Assembly (NCBI GenBank): GCA_037189525.1
Contig: JBBCJC010000001.1
Coordinates: forward strand, 96,001-160,000
Direction: 5' to 3'
Origin: Gemmatimonadales bacterium
GTDB lineage: Bacteria > Gemmatimonadota > Gemmatimonadetes > Gemmatimonadales > GWC2-71-9
DNA length: 64,000 nucleotides
Below the pieces are notes generated by a model that had not been told where the DNA came from, ran no database searches, and worked only from the letters and a program-made list of their open reading frames with translations. Positions 18,271-32,056 of this stretch are shown here, piece by piece; position 1 is the first letter of the stretch, and each line of letters begins with the position of its first letter. Made by a program: the position numbers and the translations under genes.

Positions 18271-19493
18271 ACCCCGCCCGCTTCGAACTCCGCGATGCAG
18301 CGCATCAACCGATGAATCGCTTTCTCCAGATCTTTGTCGGACGCCGCGTACGACAGCCGGACCCAGCGATCATCACCGAACGCCGCACCGGGAACCGACG
18401 CTACCCCATGCTCGGTGAGCAGCCGCTCGCAGAACTTGGTTCCGGTCACCACCGGCTTCTGGCGAATCCCGTCGACCCGGAAGAACAGGTAGAACGCCCC
18501 CAGCGGCTCGACGAATTCGATCCCGGGCGCTTCGGTGCGGAACCGCTCCACCAGCCGATCGCGGCGGCGGCGGAAAGCGGCCGTCATCTTGACCACTTCC
18601 TGTTCGACCTTGGGGTCGGAAAAGGCCGCGGCTGCCGCCACCTGGGCAGGATGATTGGCGCCGGTCGTCGTGTGCGACTGCAGATTGGCCATGGCTTTGA
18701 CGATCGACGGCGGCGCGTAGGCAGCGCCGATCCGCCAGCCGGTCATCGCGTACGCCTTGCTGGCGCCGTAGATGACGACGGTCTTCTCGAGGTACTCGTC
18801 CGGCAGATCGAAAAAGGACGGGGCCGATCCCGGTCCGTAGTAGATCCGGCGGTAGATTTCGTCGCTGATGACCCAGATGTTGTGCTTCCGGGCCCAGTCG
18901 CCGATGGCGCGGAGTTCGGAGAGGGTGTAAACCGCGCCGGTCGGGTTGCACGGCGAGCAGAGAATGATCCCGCGCACCAGCTTGTCGAAGTGCCGGTCGA
19001 GATCTTTGACGCTGACTTTGAGCCCCCACTCCACTTCGCCCGGCACCATCACCGGTTCGGCCCGCGACAGATGCACGATCTGCGGATACGAGACCCAGGC
19101 GGGCGACGGAATCAGCACCTTGTCCTTGGGCCCGAACAGTGAGAAGCAGGCGTTGAAGAGCGACTGCTTCGATCCCGAGCTGATCACGAACCGATCGGGG
19201 TCGACCGCACGGCCACCCGACATCTGGCTCAAGTGCGTCGCCATGGCATTCCGGAGCTCGGGAATGCCGACGTTGGGCGGATACCGGGTCTGCCCTTTCT
19301 GGATCGCCTGGATTCCCGCTTGCGCCACCGGCGCCGGCGTGTCGAAGTCCGGTTCTCCCACACTCAGGTCGACCACGTCCTTGCCCAACCCGCGCAAACG
19401 GCGGGCTTCGGCGTTGATGGCGACCGTTTCGGAGCCTTTGATGTGGGTCAGATTGCTGGACACGGGATCGGGGAGGCGAAGCACCTTCGTCAC
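18267..19493 (-). CDS. PLP-dependent aminotransferase class I (aspartate aminotransferase-like)
   Basis: GEPDFDTP, SPCNPTG, SDEIY, SKAYAMTGWRIG (PLP lysine), VRLSYA. Confidence 0.93.
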   Translation of the reverse strand: MTKVLRLPDPVSSNLTHIKGSETVAINAEARRLRGLGKDVVDLSVGEPDFDTPAPVAQAGIQAIQKGQTRYPPNVGIPELRNAMATHLSQMSGGRAVDPDRFVISSGSKQSLFNACFSLFGPKDKVLIPSPAWVSYPQIVHLSRAEPVMVPGEVEWGLKVSVKDLDRHFDKLVRGIILCSPCNPTGAVYTLSELRAIGDWARKHNIWVISDEIYRRIYYGPGSAPSFFDLPDEYLEKTVVIYGASKAYAMTGWRIGAAYAPPSIVKAMANLQSHTTTGANHPAQVAAAAAFSDPKVEQEVVKMTAAFRRRRDRLVERFRTEAPGIEFVEPLGAFYLFFRVDGIRQKPVVTGTKFCERLLTEHGVASVPGAAFGDDRWVRLSYAASDKDLEKAIHRLMRCIAEFEAGGV

Positions 19494-19642
19494 GGGAATT
19501 TGCTCGGGAAGTTGAGGTTTCGCGAAGGTTCGTGGGTTGCCCGAGCGAAGTCAATGTTAGATTACAGTGTTACGCTGAAGACCGGTGCGGTTGGGCCGCA
19601 GCCGGGCGTAATGAGCCGTTTTCATTGACAATCGAGGTGCCC

Positions 19643-21100
19643 GTGTCCGACGTCGAATCGACCAACCCGCCGGTGAGCGGGTCGCTGGAAGCCTTTGGGG
19701 TAGCGTCCGCCGCAGCCGTAGCCGCTCGCGGCAACAGTCTCGTACTGGGCGCCCCTCCTGCCCCGGCCTACGCCCTTCCCGTCCTCGCCGCCCTGCTCGG
19801 GCGCCCGGCCGAATCGGCCGAGACAGGACCGGTCCTGGTCATCGCACCGGATGCAGCCCTCGAAGCCTGGGGCCAGGCCATCGCATTGGCCGGCCGGCAG
19901 GCCAACGTCACGGTCGCCGTCGCGCCCAATCCGAGCCGGGCAGCGCATCACCTGACGGCCAGCCGCGTGTCCGCCCTGGTCCTCTCCCTCGCCACTGCCA
20001 CCGAACTGCTCCGCCGCAGCCAGCTGCGCACCGACCTGATGCGGGGCGTGGTGATCGTCTGGCCCGAGCTGGAACTGGACGACGAGGGCTTCGTGCCGAT
20101 CTTTGCCGACCTGCCCAAGGAAACCCAGCGGATCATCATCACCACCGACCCCGCGGGCACCACCGCCTTCGCGGAGCGCTACGCTTGGCGCGCACCGACG
20201 ATGGGCCCTCTCGCCAATCCGACCCAGCCGGCACCGGTCGGCCGGGCACGCGGCGCGGCCGTTCGCTGGGACGACCGGATTGCCGCCGTGGCGCGCGCCG
20301 CCGACCTGCTCAATCTGGACGAAGTCGAGGTCTGGACCGCGTCGACCGATTCGCACCAGGCGCTGACCGAGCGACTCGCCAGCCATGGCGTGACCGCCCG
20401 GCCGGTTGCCGGCACCATTCCGGCCGGACCCGCCACCATCTTTTTCGACGCTCCGCCGCCGGAACTGCTGGGCCAGGCCGCGCTCGACCAGAGCGTCGTC
20501 CTGATTGCCCCGGGCGCGGAACGGTACTTTGCCCGGATCGTGGGCCGAGTCGACCCGCTGACCCTGCCGGGCGGACTCGACCAGGCCGAACGCGCCATCC
20601 AGGACGATCGCCGCGCCATCCGCTCCCGGCTGGAAGGCCCGATCGATCGGGGCGCATACGCGACGGTCGCGCCGTTGCTCGACCGCTGGAGCGGCGCCGA
20701 GGTGGCCGTCGCGGTGCAGAGCCTTTGGATCGAAGCGCGCACCAAGGCGCCCGCACCCGCCGTACCCGCGGCCCCGCAGCAGTCGGCCCACCCCAAGGTC
20801 TGGATCAATCTGGGCCGCAAAGACGGGGCAACCCCGGCCGAACTGCTCAGCGTGGTCCTCGGCGCCGGGATCAAGCGCGACACGCTCGGCCGGCTCGAAC
20901 TCCGGGACGGGTTCTCCCTGATCGAGATGACCAGCGAATTCGATGCGATCAACGCGGCCGAGAAGCTGGCCGGGCATGAGTACAAGGGCCGGCGGCTGGC
21001 GGCGAGACTCGACCGGACCCGCGAAAGCGACTCACGTGGCGGCCCGCCGCGCGACCGCAAGCCGCGAGAAGGTGGCCGTCCGCCGCGCCGACCGGCTTGA
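19643..21100 (+). CDS. Degenerate DEAD-box-like protein with C-terminal DbpA RNA-binding domain
   Basis: DbpA domain [35 protein letters not shown]; RecA-like scaffold with motif I/II replaced; GTG start after GAGG. Confidence 0.7.
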   Translation: MSDVESTNPPVSGSLEAFGVASAAAVAARGNSLVLGAPPAPAYALPVLAALLGRPAESAETGPVLVIAPDAALEAWGQAIALAGRQANVTVAVAPNPSRAAHHLTASRVSALVLSLATATELLRRSQLRTDLMRGVVIVWPELELDDEGFVPIFADLPKETQRIIITTDPAGTTAFAERYAWRAPTMGPLANPTQPAPVGRARGAAVRWDDRIAAVARAADLLNLDEVEVWTASTDSHQALTERLASHGVTARPVAGTIPAGPATIFFDAPPPELLGQAALDQSVVLIAPGAERYFARIVGRVDPLTLPGGLDQAERAIQDDRRAIRSRLEGPIDRGAYATVAPLLDRWSGAEVAVAVQSLWIEARTKAPAPAVPAAPQQSAHPKVWINLGRKDGATPAELLSVVLGAGIKRDTLGRLELRDGFSLIEMTSEFDAINAAEKLAGHEYKGRRLAARLDRTRESDSRGGPPRDRKPREGGRPPRRPA

Positions 21101-21161
21101 CCCGGTCCGGCCGGCCATCTATCGTCGGACTCCTTCTCGCCCGAACCCCAGGAAAGCGCGG

Positions 21162-21767
21162 ATGTATCACGCCTCGCGAACCGGCACGATCGAGGTCATT
21201 GCCGGTGTCATGTTCAGCGGCAAGAGCGAAGAGCTGATCCGACGAGTGCGGCGGGCACTGATTGCCCGCCGCCGCGTCCAGGTCTTCAAGAGTCACCTGG
21301 ACGACCGGTACGGCGGCGTGGCCCGCGTCTCCAGTCACAACGGCGCCGATATCGAGGCCGTCCCGATCGACTCGGCCGCTGAGATCTTTCGGCAGGTGCG
21401 CCCGGATACCGAAGTGGTCGCCATCGACGAGGCTCAGTTCCTCGACAATGGCGTGGTGGGCGTGGCCACCTCCCTGGCCGAGCGGGGTGTCCGCGTCATC
21501 CTGGCCGGGACCGACACCGATTTTCGCGGCCAGCCGTTCGGCCAGATGGGACCGCTCATGGCGGTGGCCGAAGAAGTGACCAAGCTGCAGGCCATCTGCG
21601 TCGTCTGCGGCGATCTGGCCTGCCGCAATCAACGTCTCTTGAGCGGCCGGCCCGCCCGCTGGGATTCTCCGACCATCATGGTCGGCGGCACCGAGGCGTA
21701 CGAGGCGCGCTGCCGCCGCTGTCATCGGGTCCCGCGGCAGGATGAAGATCAGACCCGGATCCTCTGA
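21162..21767 (+). CDS. tdk: Thymidine kinase
   Basis: [41 protein letters not shown]. Confidence 0.96.
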   Translation: MYHASRTGTIEVIAGVMFSGKSEELIRRVRRALIARRRVQVFKSHLDDRYGGVARVSSHNGADIEAVPIDSAAEIFRQVRPDTEVVAIDEAQFLDNGVVGVATSLAERGVRVILAGTDTDFRGQPFGQMGPLMAVAEEVTKLQAICVVCGDLACRNQRLLSGRPARWDSPTIMVGGTEAYEARCRRCHRVPRQDEDQTRIL

Positions 21768-21770
21768 GCC

Positions 21771-22385
21771 ATGCTGAGCGTCGGACTTACCGGCAATGTC
21801 GCCTCCGGCAAATCCTCGGTGGCACGGTTCTTTGCCTCCTGGGGCGCGGTCGTGATCGACGCCGACGCCATCGTACATCAGCTACAGCAACCCGGTACCA
21901 CGGTGTTCGACGCCATGGTGCAGGCGTTCGGCAGCTCGATCCTCGCCGAGGACGGTACGCTCGACCGCGGGGTGCTCCGCGCTCTGATCTTCAACGACCC
22001 CGCCGCGCGCAAAACCCTCAATGCCATCACGCACCCCGCTGTCCGGACCCGGCGGGACCAGATGATGGCAGAGGCCCGCCAGGCGGGAACGCCGATCGTG
22101 GTCCAGGACATCCCGCTGCTCTTCGAAGTACTCGATCCGGCCAGCTTCGATGCGGTGGTTCTGGTCGACGCCCCGATCGAAACCCGGCGCGCCCGGATGG
22201 AGCAGATTCGCGGCCTCGATCCCGAGACGGCCCAGGCCATGATCGAAGCGCAGATTCCATCGGAACAGAAGCGGGCCCGCGCCACCTACGTAATCGACAA
22301 CGACGGCTCGCTCGAGGATCTCGAAGCGCGCGCGCGCGCCGTTTGGGACGACCTGATCCGGCGCAACGACCGACTCTCGGCTTGA
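21771..22385 (+). CDS. coaE: Dephospho-CoA kinase
   Basis: VGLTGNVASGKS, IDADAI, LNAITHP, DIPLLFE, VIDNDG. Confidence 0.96.
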   Translation: MLSVGLTGNVASGKSSVARFFASWGAVVIDADAIVHQLQQPGTTVFDAMVQAFGSSILAEDGTLDRGVLRALIFNDPAARKTLNAITHPAVRTRRDQMMAEARQAGTPIVVQDIPLLFEVLDPASFDAVVLVDAPIETRRARMEQIRGLDPETAQAMIEAQIPSEQKRARATYVIDNDGSLEDLEARARAVWDDLIRRNDRLSA

Positions 22386-22440
22386 CCCTGCTCCCCATGC
22401 GGGGTATCGTGTTACCCGTCTCACCACAAGGAACCCCCCG

Positions 22441-22830
22441 GTGGCAAACGTCCCGGACGATCTCCGCTATACCGCCGAGCACGAATGGATTCGCCTGACG
22501 GGCGAGGCCGGCGTGATCGAAATCGGTATCACCGACTACGCACAAGGCGAGCTGGGTGACGTCGTCTTCGTCAATCTGCCGAAAGCCGGCGACAGCTTCG
22601 CGTCGCATCAGGCGTTCGGTACCATCGAGGCGGTCAAGGCCGTCTCGGACCTGTACTCGCCCGTCGCAGGCGAGGTCGTCGAGGTCAACAGCGCGCTGGA
22701 CACCGATCCGGCCCTGGTCAACCGGACGCCCTTCTCCGACGGCTGGATGATTCGGCTCAAAGCGTCGAACCCGGCGGAACTCGACGGGCTGCTCGACGCG
22801 GCTGCATATCGATCCCATATCGGCGCCTAA
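22441..22830 (+). CDS. gcvH: Glycine cleavage system H protein
   Basis: YTAEHEW, GITDYAQGELGDVVFV, IEAVKAVSD lipoyl lysine; AAGGA RBS. Confidence 0.97.
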   Translation: MANVPDDLRYTAEHEWIRLTGEAGVIEIGITDYAQGELGDVVFVNLPKAGDSFASHQAFGTIEAVKAVSDLYSPVAGEVVEVNSALDTDPALVNRTPFSDGWMIRLKASNPAELDGLLDAAAYRSHIGA

Positions 22831-22926
22831 CGCTCCTCCGGATCGGAAACGCTTGTCAACGTTGTCGCGGTGCCCCGGGGTGAGACACCTTCGGGGCATT
22901 TGCGTATGACCACCATCGGACCGTCA

Positions 22927-25788
<2,862 letters not shown>

Positions 25789-25871
25789 GCCACGCATCAT
25801 TCCCGCCCGAGGCCGCGACCGGCCCGGGCGGGCTCTGGATCGACGCCCAGCCCAGACCGGGCTGGCAGAAC

Positions 25872-26588
25872 ATGGCAATCGACCACGCCATGTTCGACTG
25901 GGCCGAGGCGACCGGGGGACAGCTCTGGCGCCTCTACCGCTGGGACCCGCACTGCCTCTCGTTCGGTCGCCACGAACCCGCCGCACGCCGCTACGACCGC
26001 GCCCGGATCGACCAGCTGGGCATCGACTGCGTCCGCCGTCCAACCGGTGGCCGTGGGGTCTGGCATGCGCGCGAGTTGACCTACGCGGTGGCAGCTCCGA
26101 TTGCACTCTATGGAACGTTGAACGCAGCGTACCAGGCCATCCACAAACGGCTGGCGGGCGCCGTGGCCCGGCTGGGCGCCGCTGCGGACCTGGCGGAAGA
26201 CCGGAGCGTGCCCGGGCTCGGCAGCGGGCCCTGTTTCGCGGCAGCCGTGGGAGGCGAGATCGTGGTGGGCGGACGCAAGGTGGCGGGTAGCGCCCAGCGC
26301 CGCGGCGAGACCGCGCTGCTTCAGCACGGCTCCCTGCTGCTCGAGGACGACCAGGCGCTGGTCCGCTCGGTCCACCGTGCCGCGGCGCCGGCCCAGGCAC
26401 CCGAGATCCCGCTCGCCGCCGTGCTCGGCCGACCGGTCGGATTCGACGAAATGGCCGGTGCCGTGGCCCTGACGCTGGCAGAGGCGGAAATTCGGCCAGT
26501 TCCGGCGGATATTCCCGACACGATTCTGCGCCGCGCGGCGCTACATTACGACACCTATCGATCCGATACTTGGACCTGGGAGCGGTAA
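25872..26588 (+). CDS. Lipoate-protein ligase / octanoyltransferase (LplA/LipM-like); true start probably upstream
   Basis: MAID, VRRPTGGRGVWH, GRKVAGSAQRR, LLQHGS. Confidence 0.85.
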   Translation: MAIDHAMFDWAEATGGQLWRLYRWDPHCLSFGRHEPAARRYDRARIDQLGIDCVRRPTGGRGVWHARELTYAVAAPIALYGTLNAAYQAIHKRLAGAVARLGAAADLAEDRSVPGLGSGPCFAAAVGGEIVVGGRKVAGSAQRRGETALLQHGSLLLEDDQALVRSVHRAAAPAQAPEIPLAAVLGRPVGFDEMAGAVALTLAEAEIRPVPADIPDTILRRAALHYDTYRSDTWTWER

Positions 26589-26610
26589 CCACCTGGTCTC
26601 GGGAGTTTGT

Positions 26611-28260
26611 ATGCGCGTCCGTTCATCGATGGCGGGATTGTTGGCAGTGCTCGTCGCAGCGTCCTTTGCGGGGCCTCTGGCGGCGCAGCGGGATACTCAG
26701 TCCGGAACCATCTCGATCGTGATCGGCGCCGAGCCGACGCTTCCCTTCCCGGGGCTGTCGCTGGCCAAGGCGAACATGGACGTGGCCAGTTTGCTGTTTC
26801 TGCCGCTGGCCCGGCTCGGACGACAATTCATCACGTCGGACGAAAAGACTTATGAACCGGCCCTGGCGCGCTCGTGGCGCCGGACCGACTCCCTGACGCT
26901 CGTGTTCGAGCTCGACCCCCGAGCTCGCTGGCACGACGGTAAGCCGGTGACCCCGCGAGACGTCATCTGGAGCGTGAACCGGTCGCGCGACTCGACCATC
27001 TCGCCGACCTACGCCCTGCTCCTCCGCAACATCGCGTCGGTCACGGCCACCGGTGAACGCGAAGTAACCTTCCGCTTCCGGCAGGCCTACGGCGACCAGA
27101 TCTTCGATGCCACCGCGTTTGCCGTCCCGCTTCCCGCGCACCTGCTCGATACCATCCCGCCGGATCGGCTGGCCGCTTCGATCTATGCCCGGCAGCCGGT
27201 GGGCAATGGCCCGTACCGTTGGGGCAAGCTGGAGGCGGGCCGCCAACTCGAGCTCAACGCGGTTCCCGATTTCTTCCTGGGCACTCCCAAGCTGCATCGG
27301 GTCGTCTTCCTGATCGTTCGGGCGGCGGAAGCGCAGCTCAACCTGGTGCTCGATGGCACGGCCGACGCCTACGAAGCGTCGCTCCTGCCGCGCCAGATCA
27401 CGCCGATCGTGGAGCAGCCCTCGCTCGACATCAAGACCCAGTCGTCGTTCAGCGTGGGGTATCTGCTCTTCAATCAGAAGGCTTTCGGCGACCGGAGCAC
27501 GCCGCACCCCATTCTGGCCGACCGTGCCGTCCGCCAGGCGCTCTTGTTAGGCATCGACCGCCAGCGTCTGGTCCGCGCGGTCTTCGGACCGTATGCCTCG
27601 GTGGTCGACGGGCCGATGGGCCAGGCGACCTGGATCCGCCGTCATACCCCCAAGGGCCCGGGCTACGACCCGGCAGCGGCCCGGCGTCTGCTCGCCGCGC
27701 AGGGTTGGCGCGACAGCAACGGTGACGGGGTCCTCGACAAGAACGGCACCAAGCTGAGCCTGCGGCTTTCCTACCCCGGCACCAGCACGGCGCGCGTCGG
27801 GATGGCCGAGCCGATCCAGGCCATGCTGCGCCAGATCGGCGTCGAGGTCGAACTGCTCCGGCTCGACGGGCCGGTCTGGGCGGAGCGGCGCGCCAAGGGC
27901 GAATTCGACATCGACTTCTCGCAAGCGACGCTGATGCCGACGCCGGCGGGGTTGGTGCAGAGCTGGTCGTGCGCGAGTAGCGGCGGCGGCAGTAACGTCG
28001 GCTCGATCTGCAGCCCCGGATTCGACGAGGCGTACAAGGAGGCTGCGCGGACCGGCGGTCGCGCCGCGGCCGACCGCTGGCGCGATGCCATCGGAGAACT
28101 GCAGCAGGATTATCCGGCGGTCTTCCTCTACTCGCCGGCCCAGGCGCTGGTGGTGCACCGCCGCTATCGTAACGTCAGCATCCGACCGGACGGGACCTGG
28201 ACCGACCTGTGGCGCTGGTCGGTCGACCCCTCCCAACGGATCGCGCGGGATCAGCGTTAG
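26611..28260 (+). CDS. Peptide/nickel ABC transporter substrate-binding protein (family 5)
   Basis: PALARSW..F.L....WHDGKPVTPRDV, PVGNGPY, AVRQAL, YDPAAARRLL. Confidence 0.9.
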   Translation: MRVRSSMAGLLAVLVAASFAGPLAAQRDTQSGTISIVIGAEPTLPFPGLSLAKANMDVASLLFLPLARLGRQFITSDEKTYEPALARSWRRTDSLTLVFELDPRARWHDGKPVTPRDVIWSVNRSRDSTISPTYALLLRNIASVTATGEREVTFRFRQAYGDQIFDATAFAVPLPAHLLDTIPPDRLAASIYARQPVGNGPYRWGKLEAGRQLELNAVPDFFLGTPKLHRVVFLIVRAAEAQLNLVLDGTADAYEASLLPRQITPIVEQPSLDIKTQSSFSVGYLLFNQKAFGDRSTPHPILADRAVRQALLLGIDRQRLVRAVFGPYASVVDGPMGQATWIRRHTPKGPGYDPAAARRLLAAQGWRDSNGDGVLDKNGTKLSLRLSYPGTSTARVGMAEPIQAMLRQIGVEVELLRLDGPVWAERRAKGEFDIDFSQATLMPTPAGLVQSWSCASSGGGSNVGSICSPGFDEAYKEAARTGGRAAADRWRDAIGELQQDYPAVFLYSPAQALVVHRRYRNVSIRPDGTWTDLWRWSVDPSQRIARDQR

Positions 28261-28265
28261 GCGGC

Positions 28266-29240
28266 GTGCTCCGCTGGCTGATCCGCCGTCTGCTCCAGGC
28301 CGCCGCCACCTTTGCCGTGGTGGCGGTCCTGCTCTTTGTGCTGATGCGGCTCGCGCCCGGCGACCCGCTGGCCCGCCTGACCGATGACCGCCCCGTCGCC
28401 CCGGCCGAGCGAGCCCGCCTCGAAGCCATCTTCGGACTCGACCAGCCGATCGGTACGCAGCTGACGAAATTCCTGTCGGCCGCCGCCCGCGGCGATTTCG
28501 GCGTCTCGATCGAGTACTACCCGCTCCGCGTCGGCGAACTGGTCCAAAACCGGCTCGGCCCCTCGCTTCTGCTCGGCCTCACTGTCCTGCTCGTCAATGT
28601 GACGCTGGGGGTCTGGCTCGGCGTGCTGCAGGCCCGGCGGCGCGGTTCGCGGCTGGACCGATGGCTGACCCGGATCTCGCTGGCGGGGTACGCCGCGCCG
28701 AGTTTCTGGCTCGCGCTGATGCTGGTCTCCCTGTTCGCCATCAAGTGGCGGATCCTGCCGGCTGCGCAGATGACCGACCCCCTGCTGCCCACGGACGCCG
28801 GCTGGCTCACCCGCGCAGGCGACCTCCTTGCCCACCTGGTGCTGCCGACCGTGACCCTGTCGGTCGTCACCCTCGCGGCCACGATGCGCTACCAGCGGAG
28901 TGCCATGCTCGAGGTGTTGCGCCTCGATTTCGTGCGCGCGGCGTACGCACGGGGCCTCGACGAGCGGACCGTGATCTGGCGTCACGCCTGGCGGAATGCG
29001 CTCTTTCCGGTTCTGACGCTGCTCGGCCTCTGGCTGCCGGTGCTCGTTTCCGGCGCCGTCTTTGTGGAGTCGGTCTTCAATTGGCCCGGACTGGGCTCGC
29101 TCGCCGCCGGCGCCATTGCCACCCGCGACTATCCGGTGCTGATGGCCACCTCGCTGTTGGTCTCGGGCGCGGTACTCCTGGGTGGCGTGCTGACCGATCT
29201 GGCGTATCAGGCCCTCGACCCGAGGACGCGAGCGGGATGA
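28266..29240 (+). CDS. Peptide ABC transporter permease (OppB/DppB-like)
   Basis: LAPGDP, GDFGVS, DFVRAAYARGL, HAWRNAL, VESVFNWPGLG, RDYPV. Confidence 0.92.
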   Translation: MLRWLIRRLLQAAATFAVVAVLLFVLMRLAPGDPLARLTDDRPVAPAERARLEAIFGLDQPIGTQLTKFLSAAARGDFGVSIEYYPLRVGELVQNRLGPSLLLGLTVLLVNVTLGVWLGVLQARRRGSRLDRWLTRISLAGYAAPSFWLALMLVSLFAIKWRILPAAQMTDPLLPTDAGWLTRAGDLLAHLVLPTVTLSVVTLAATMRYQRSAMLEVLRLDFVRAAYARGLDERTVIWRHAWRNALFPVLTLLGLWLPVLVSGAVFVESVFNWPGLGSLAAGAIATRDYPVLMATSLLVSGAVLLGGVLTDLAYQALDPRTRAG

Positions 29241-30079
29241 CCGGCTCTCTCCTCGCCACCCTCCTCGCGGCCTGGCGGACCCCGTCCGGGAAAGCCGGCT
29301 TCCTGCTCCTCTCGGCGCTGGTCGTCTTTGCGCTGCTGGGGCCGCTCGTCCTTCCCGATCCGACCGCGATGCCGGACCTGGGCGCTCCGGCCGCATCGCC
29401 CAGTCTGCACCATCCCTTCGGCACGGACGGTATGAGCCGCGACGTCCTGGCGCGCGTGGCAACCGGGGCGCGCATCTCACTGTCGATCGCGGTCATTGCG
29501 GTACTCCTCTCACTTACCATCGGCACCGCCGTCGGCTTGGCGGCCGGATTTCTGGGCGGCGTAGTTGACTCGCTGATGATGCGGGTAGTCGATGCTGCAC
29601 TGGCAGTTCCGCGGCTGTTCATCCTGCTGCTCCTGCTGGTCGTCTGGGAACGGATGCCGATCCCCGTCCTGATCCTGGTCATCGGCGCCACGGGGTGGTT
29701 CGGCACCAGCCGCTTGGTGCGCGGGGAGGTTCTCCGTCTGCGATCGGAGGGGTATCTGCAGGCGGCTCAGGCGCTCGGCGCCGGGCGGCTCCGGACTATC
29801 TTTCGGCATCTCCTCCCCAACGTGACCGGGGTCATTCTGGTGAGTGCCACGCTGAGCATCGGCGACGTGATCCTGCTCGAAGCCGGACTCTCCTACCTGG
29901 GTGTCGGGGTGCAGCCACCGACTCCGTCGTGGGGCGTCATGGTATTCGATGCCCGGAATGCGATGACCACCGCGCCGTGGACCCTGTTCTTTCCGGGCGT
30001 CGCGGTGGTGGTGACCGTGCTGGCCACGAGCCTGGTAAGCGACGCCCTGCGCGCCGCCTTCGACCCCCGCAGCGCATGA
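29237..30079 (+). CDS. Peptide ABC transporter permease (OppC/DppC-like)
   Basis: HPFGTDGMSRDVLAR, AAQALGA, HLLPN, EAGLSYLGVG..PSWG. Confidence 0.92.
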   Translation: MTGSLLATLLAAWRTPSGKAGFLLLSALVVFALLGPLVLPDPTAMPDLGAPAASPSLHHPFGTDGMSRDVLARVATGARISLSIAVIAVLLSLTIGTAVGLAAGFLGGVVDSLMMRVVDAALAVPRLFILLLLLVVWERMPIPVLILVIGATGWFGTSRLVRGEVLRLRSEGYLQAAQALGAGRLRTIFRHLLPNVTGVILVSATLSIGDVILLEAGLSYLGVGVQPPTPSWGVMVFDARNAMTTAPWTLFFPGVAVVVTVLATSLVSDALRAAFDPRSA

Positions 30080-31053
30080 CCGCCCTCCTGACCGTCGAGA
30101 ATCTCCGGATCACCTTCCCGACCAAGGCCGGGCTGGCCGTGCCGGTCGATGGGGTCAGCTTCAGTATCGACCCCGGCGAACGGGTCGCGCTGGTGGGCGA
30201 ATCCGGGTCGGGAAAGAGTCTGACCAGCCTCGCGCTGCTACGGCTGGTTCCGCATCCGGGCACCATCGAGCCGGGCAGCAGCATCCGGCTCCGCGATGCC
30301 GAGGTGATGAGCCTCCGGGGCGAGTCGCTCCGCGCCATCCGGGGCGGGCAGATCGGGCTGATCTTCCAGGACCCGTCGACCAGCCTCAATCCGGTCCTGA
30401 CGATCGGCTACCAGGTTCGCGAGGCGGTGCTGGCACATCGGAAGCTGAGCAGGAGCGAGGCGCGCGAGCGGGCCATCGCGCTGCTCGAAGAAGTCGGCAT
30501 TCCCGACCCCGCCGGGCGCTACGGCGCCTATCCGCACGAACTCTCGGGCGGACTCAAGCAGCGGGTCATGATCGCGATTGCGCTGGCCGGCGAACCCGCC
30601 CTGCTCGTGGCCGACGAGCCGACCACCGCGCTCGACGTCACGGTGCAGGCCCAGATCCTGGAACTGCTCGATCGGCTGCGCGCCGAGCGCGGGATGGCGA
30701 CCCTGCTGATCACGCACGATCTCGGCGTGGTGGCCGGGCAGAGCGACCGGGTGCTGGTGATGTACGCGGGACAGCTGGTCGAGAGCGCACCAACCGAACG
30801 CCTCTTTCGGGCGCCGGCCCACCCGTACACGCGCGCGCTGCTGCGCTCGATGCCACGGCTGTCCGGGCCGATCGAACGGCTGGCCCAGATTGCCGGATCG
30901 GTGCCGCTGCCGCATGACTGGCCCGCCGGGTGCCGCTTCCACCCGCGCTGCAGCGAACGGATCGCGCCCTGCGCCACCGACGTGCCGCCGCGGCGACTGG
31001 TCACTCCGGGACACGAAGCCAAGTGCTGGCTGGTCGAAGGGGTCTCGCCATGA
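30076..31053 (+). CDS. Peptide ABC transporter ATPase (OppD/DppD-like)
   Basis: [36 protein letters not shown]. Confidence 0.94.
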   Translation: MTALLTVENLRITFPTKAGLAVPVDGVSFSIDPGERVALVGESGSGKSLTSLALLRLVPHPGTIEPGSSIRLRDAEVMSLRGESLRAIRGGQIGLIFQDPSTSLNPVLTIGYQVREAVLAHRKLSRSEARERAIALLEEVGIPDPAGRYGAYPHELSGGLKQRVMIAIALAGEPALLVADEPTTALDVTVQAQILELLDRLRAERGMATLLITHDLGVVAGQSDRVLVMYAGQLVESAPTERLFRAPAHPYTRALLRSMPRLSGPIERLAQIAGSVPLPHDWPAGCRFHPRCSERIAPCATDVPPRRLVTPGHEAKCWLVEGVSP

Positions 31054-32033
31054 GCGCACTGCTCGAGGTGACCCAACTGATGAAGCATTTCCGGCGTCCG
31101 ACCGGGTGGGTTCGCGCCGATCGCGTCGTCCACGCCCTCAACGGGGTGTCCTTCACCGTGTCCGAACGGGAAACACTGGCCCTGGTCGGCGAATCGGGCT
31201 CGGGCAAGACAACCGCAGGCCGCGCCCTGCTCCGCCTGGTTGAACCCGACGGCGGCACGGTGCAGTTCGACGGCGTCGACGTGCGCCAGGCCGACCGGAC
31301 TGCGATGCGGCAGCTGCGGAGACGGATGCAGATCGTCTTCCAGGACCCGTACAGCTCGCTCGACCCACGCATGACGGTCGGCGCCTCCATTGCGGAAGGG
31401 ATCGAGATTCACCGCCTGGTGCCCCCACGCGCGATGCGCGGGCGGGTCGCCGAGTTGCTGGGCGAAGTCGGCTTGGACGTGTCGGCGGCGGACAAGTATC
31501 CGCACGAGTTTTCCGGCGGCCAGCGGCAGCGGATCGGGATTGCGCGCGCGCTCGCGGTCGACCCCGCGTTCATCGTGCTCGACGAACCGGTCTCGGCGCT
31601 CGACGTCTCGGTCCAGGCCCAGGTGCTCAACCTGCTGCTCGATCTGCAACGCGATCGTGGCCTGGCCTATCTGTTCATTGCCCACGATTTGTCGGTCGTG
31701 CGGCAACTGGCCCACCGGATCGCAGTGATGTACTACGGGTTGATCGTGGAAATCGGCCCGCGCGACGAGGTGCTCGACCGCCCACGCCATCCATACACCC
31801 AGGCGCTGATCTCGGCGGTGCCGTCACCAGTACCGGGCCAAACCGGCCAGCGGATCGTGCTCGAGGGCGATCCGCCGAGCCCAACCGTACCACCGACGGG
31901 ATGCCCATTCCTCGGCCGCTGCTTCCATCCCGCCAGGAACGCCCGCTGTGCTGCGGAGCGACCAGTGCTCCGACCGTTGGGATCGAGCGAGGTCGCCTGT
32001 CACCATGCCGAGGCACGCGATAGCTTGATATAA
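31050..32033 (+). CDS. Peptide ABC transporter ATPase (OppF/DppF-like)
   Basis: [35 protein letters not shown]. Confidence 0.94.
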   Translation: MSALLEVTQLMKHFRRPTGWVRADRVVHALNGVSFTVSERETLALVGESGSGKTTAGRALLRLVEPDGGTVQFDGVDVRQADRTAMRQLRRRMQIVFQDPYSSLDPRMTVGASIAEGIEIHRLVPPRAMRGRVAELLGEVGLDVSAADKYPHEFSGGQRQRIGIARALAVDPAFIVLDEPVSALDVSVQAQVLNLLLDLQRDRGLAYLFIAHDLSVVRQLAHRIAVMYYGLIVEIGPRDEVLDRPRHPYTQALISAVPSPVPGQTGQRIVLEGDPPSPTVPPTGCPFLGRCFHPARNARCAAERPVLRPLGSSEVACHHAEARDSLI

Positions 32034-32056
32034 TCTCTCGGCACTTGGAGCTACGC

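Noticed and set aside
22386..22440. Glycine riboswitch upstream of gcvH or gcvP
   Set aside because: Spacers are short and lack the GGAGA...CCGAAG...CTCTCAGG core
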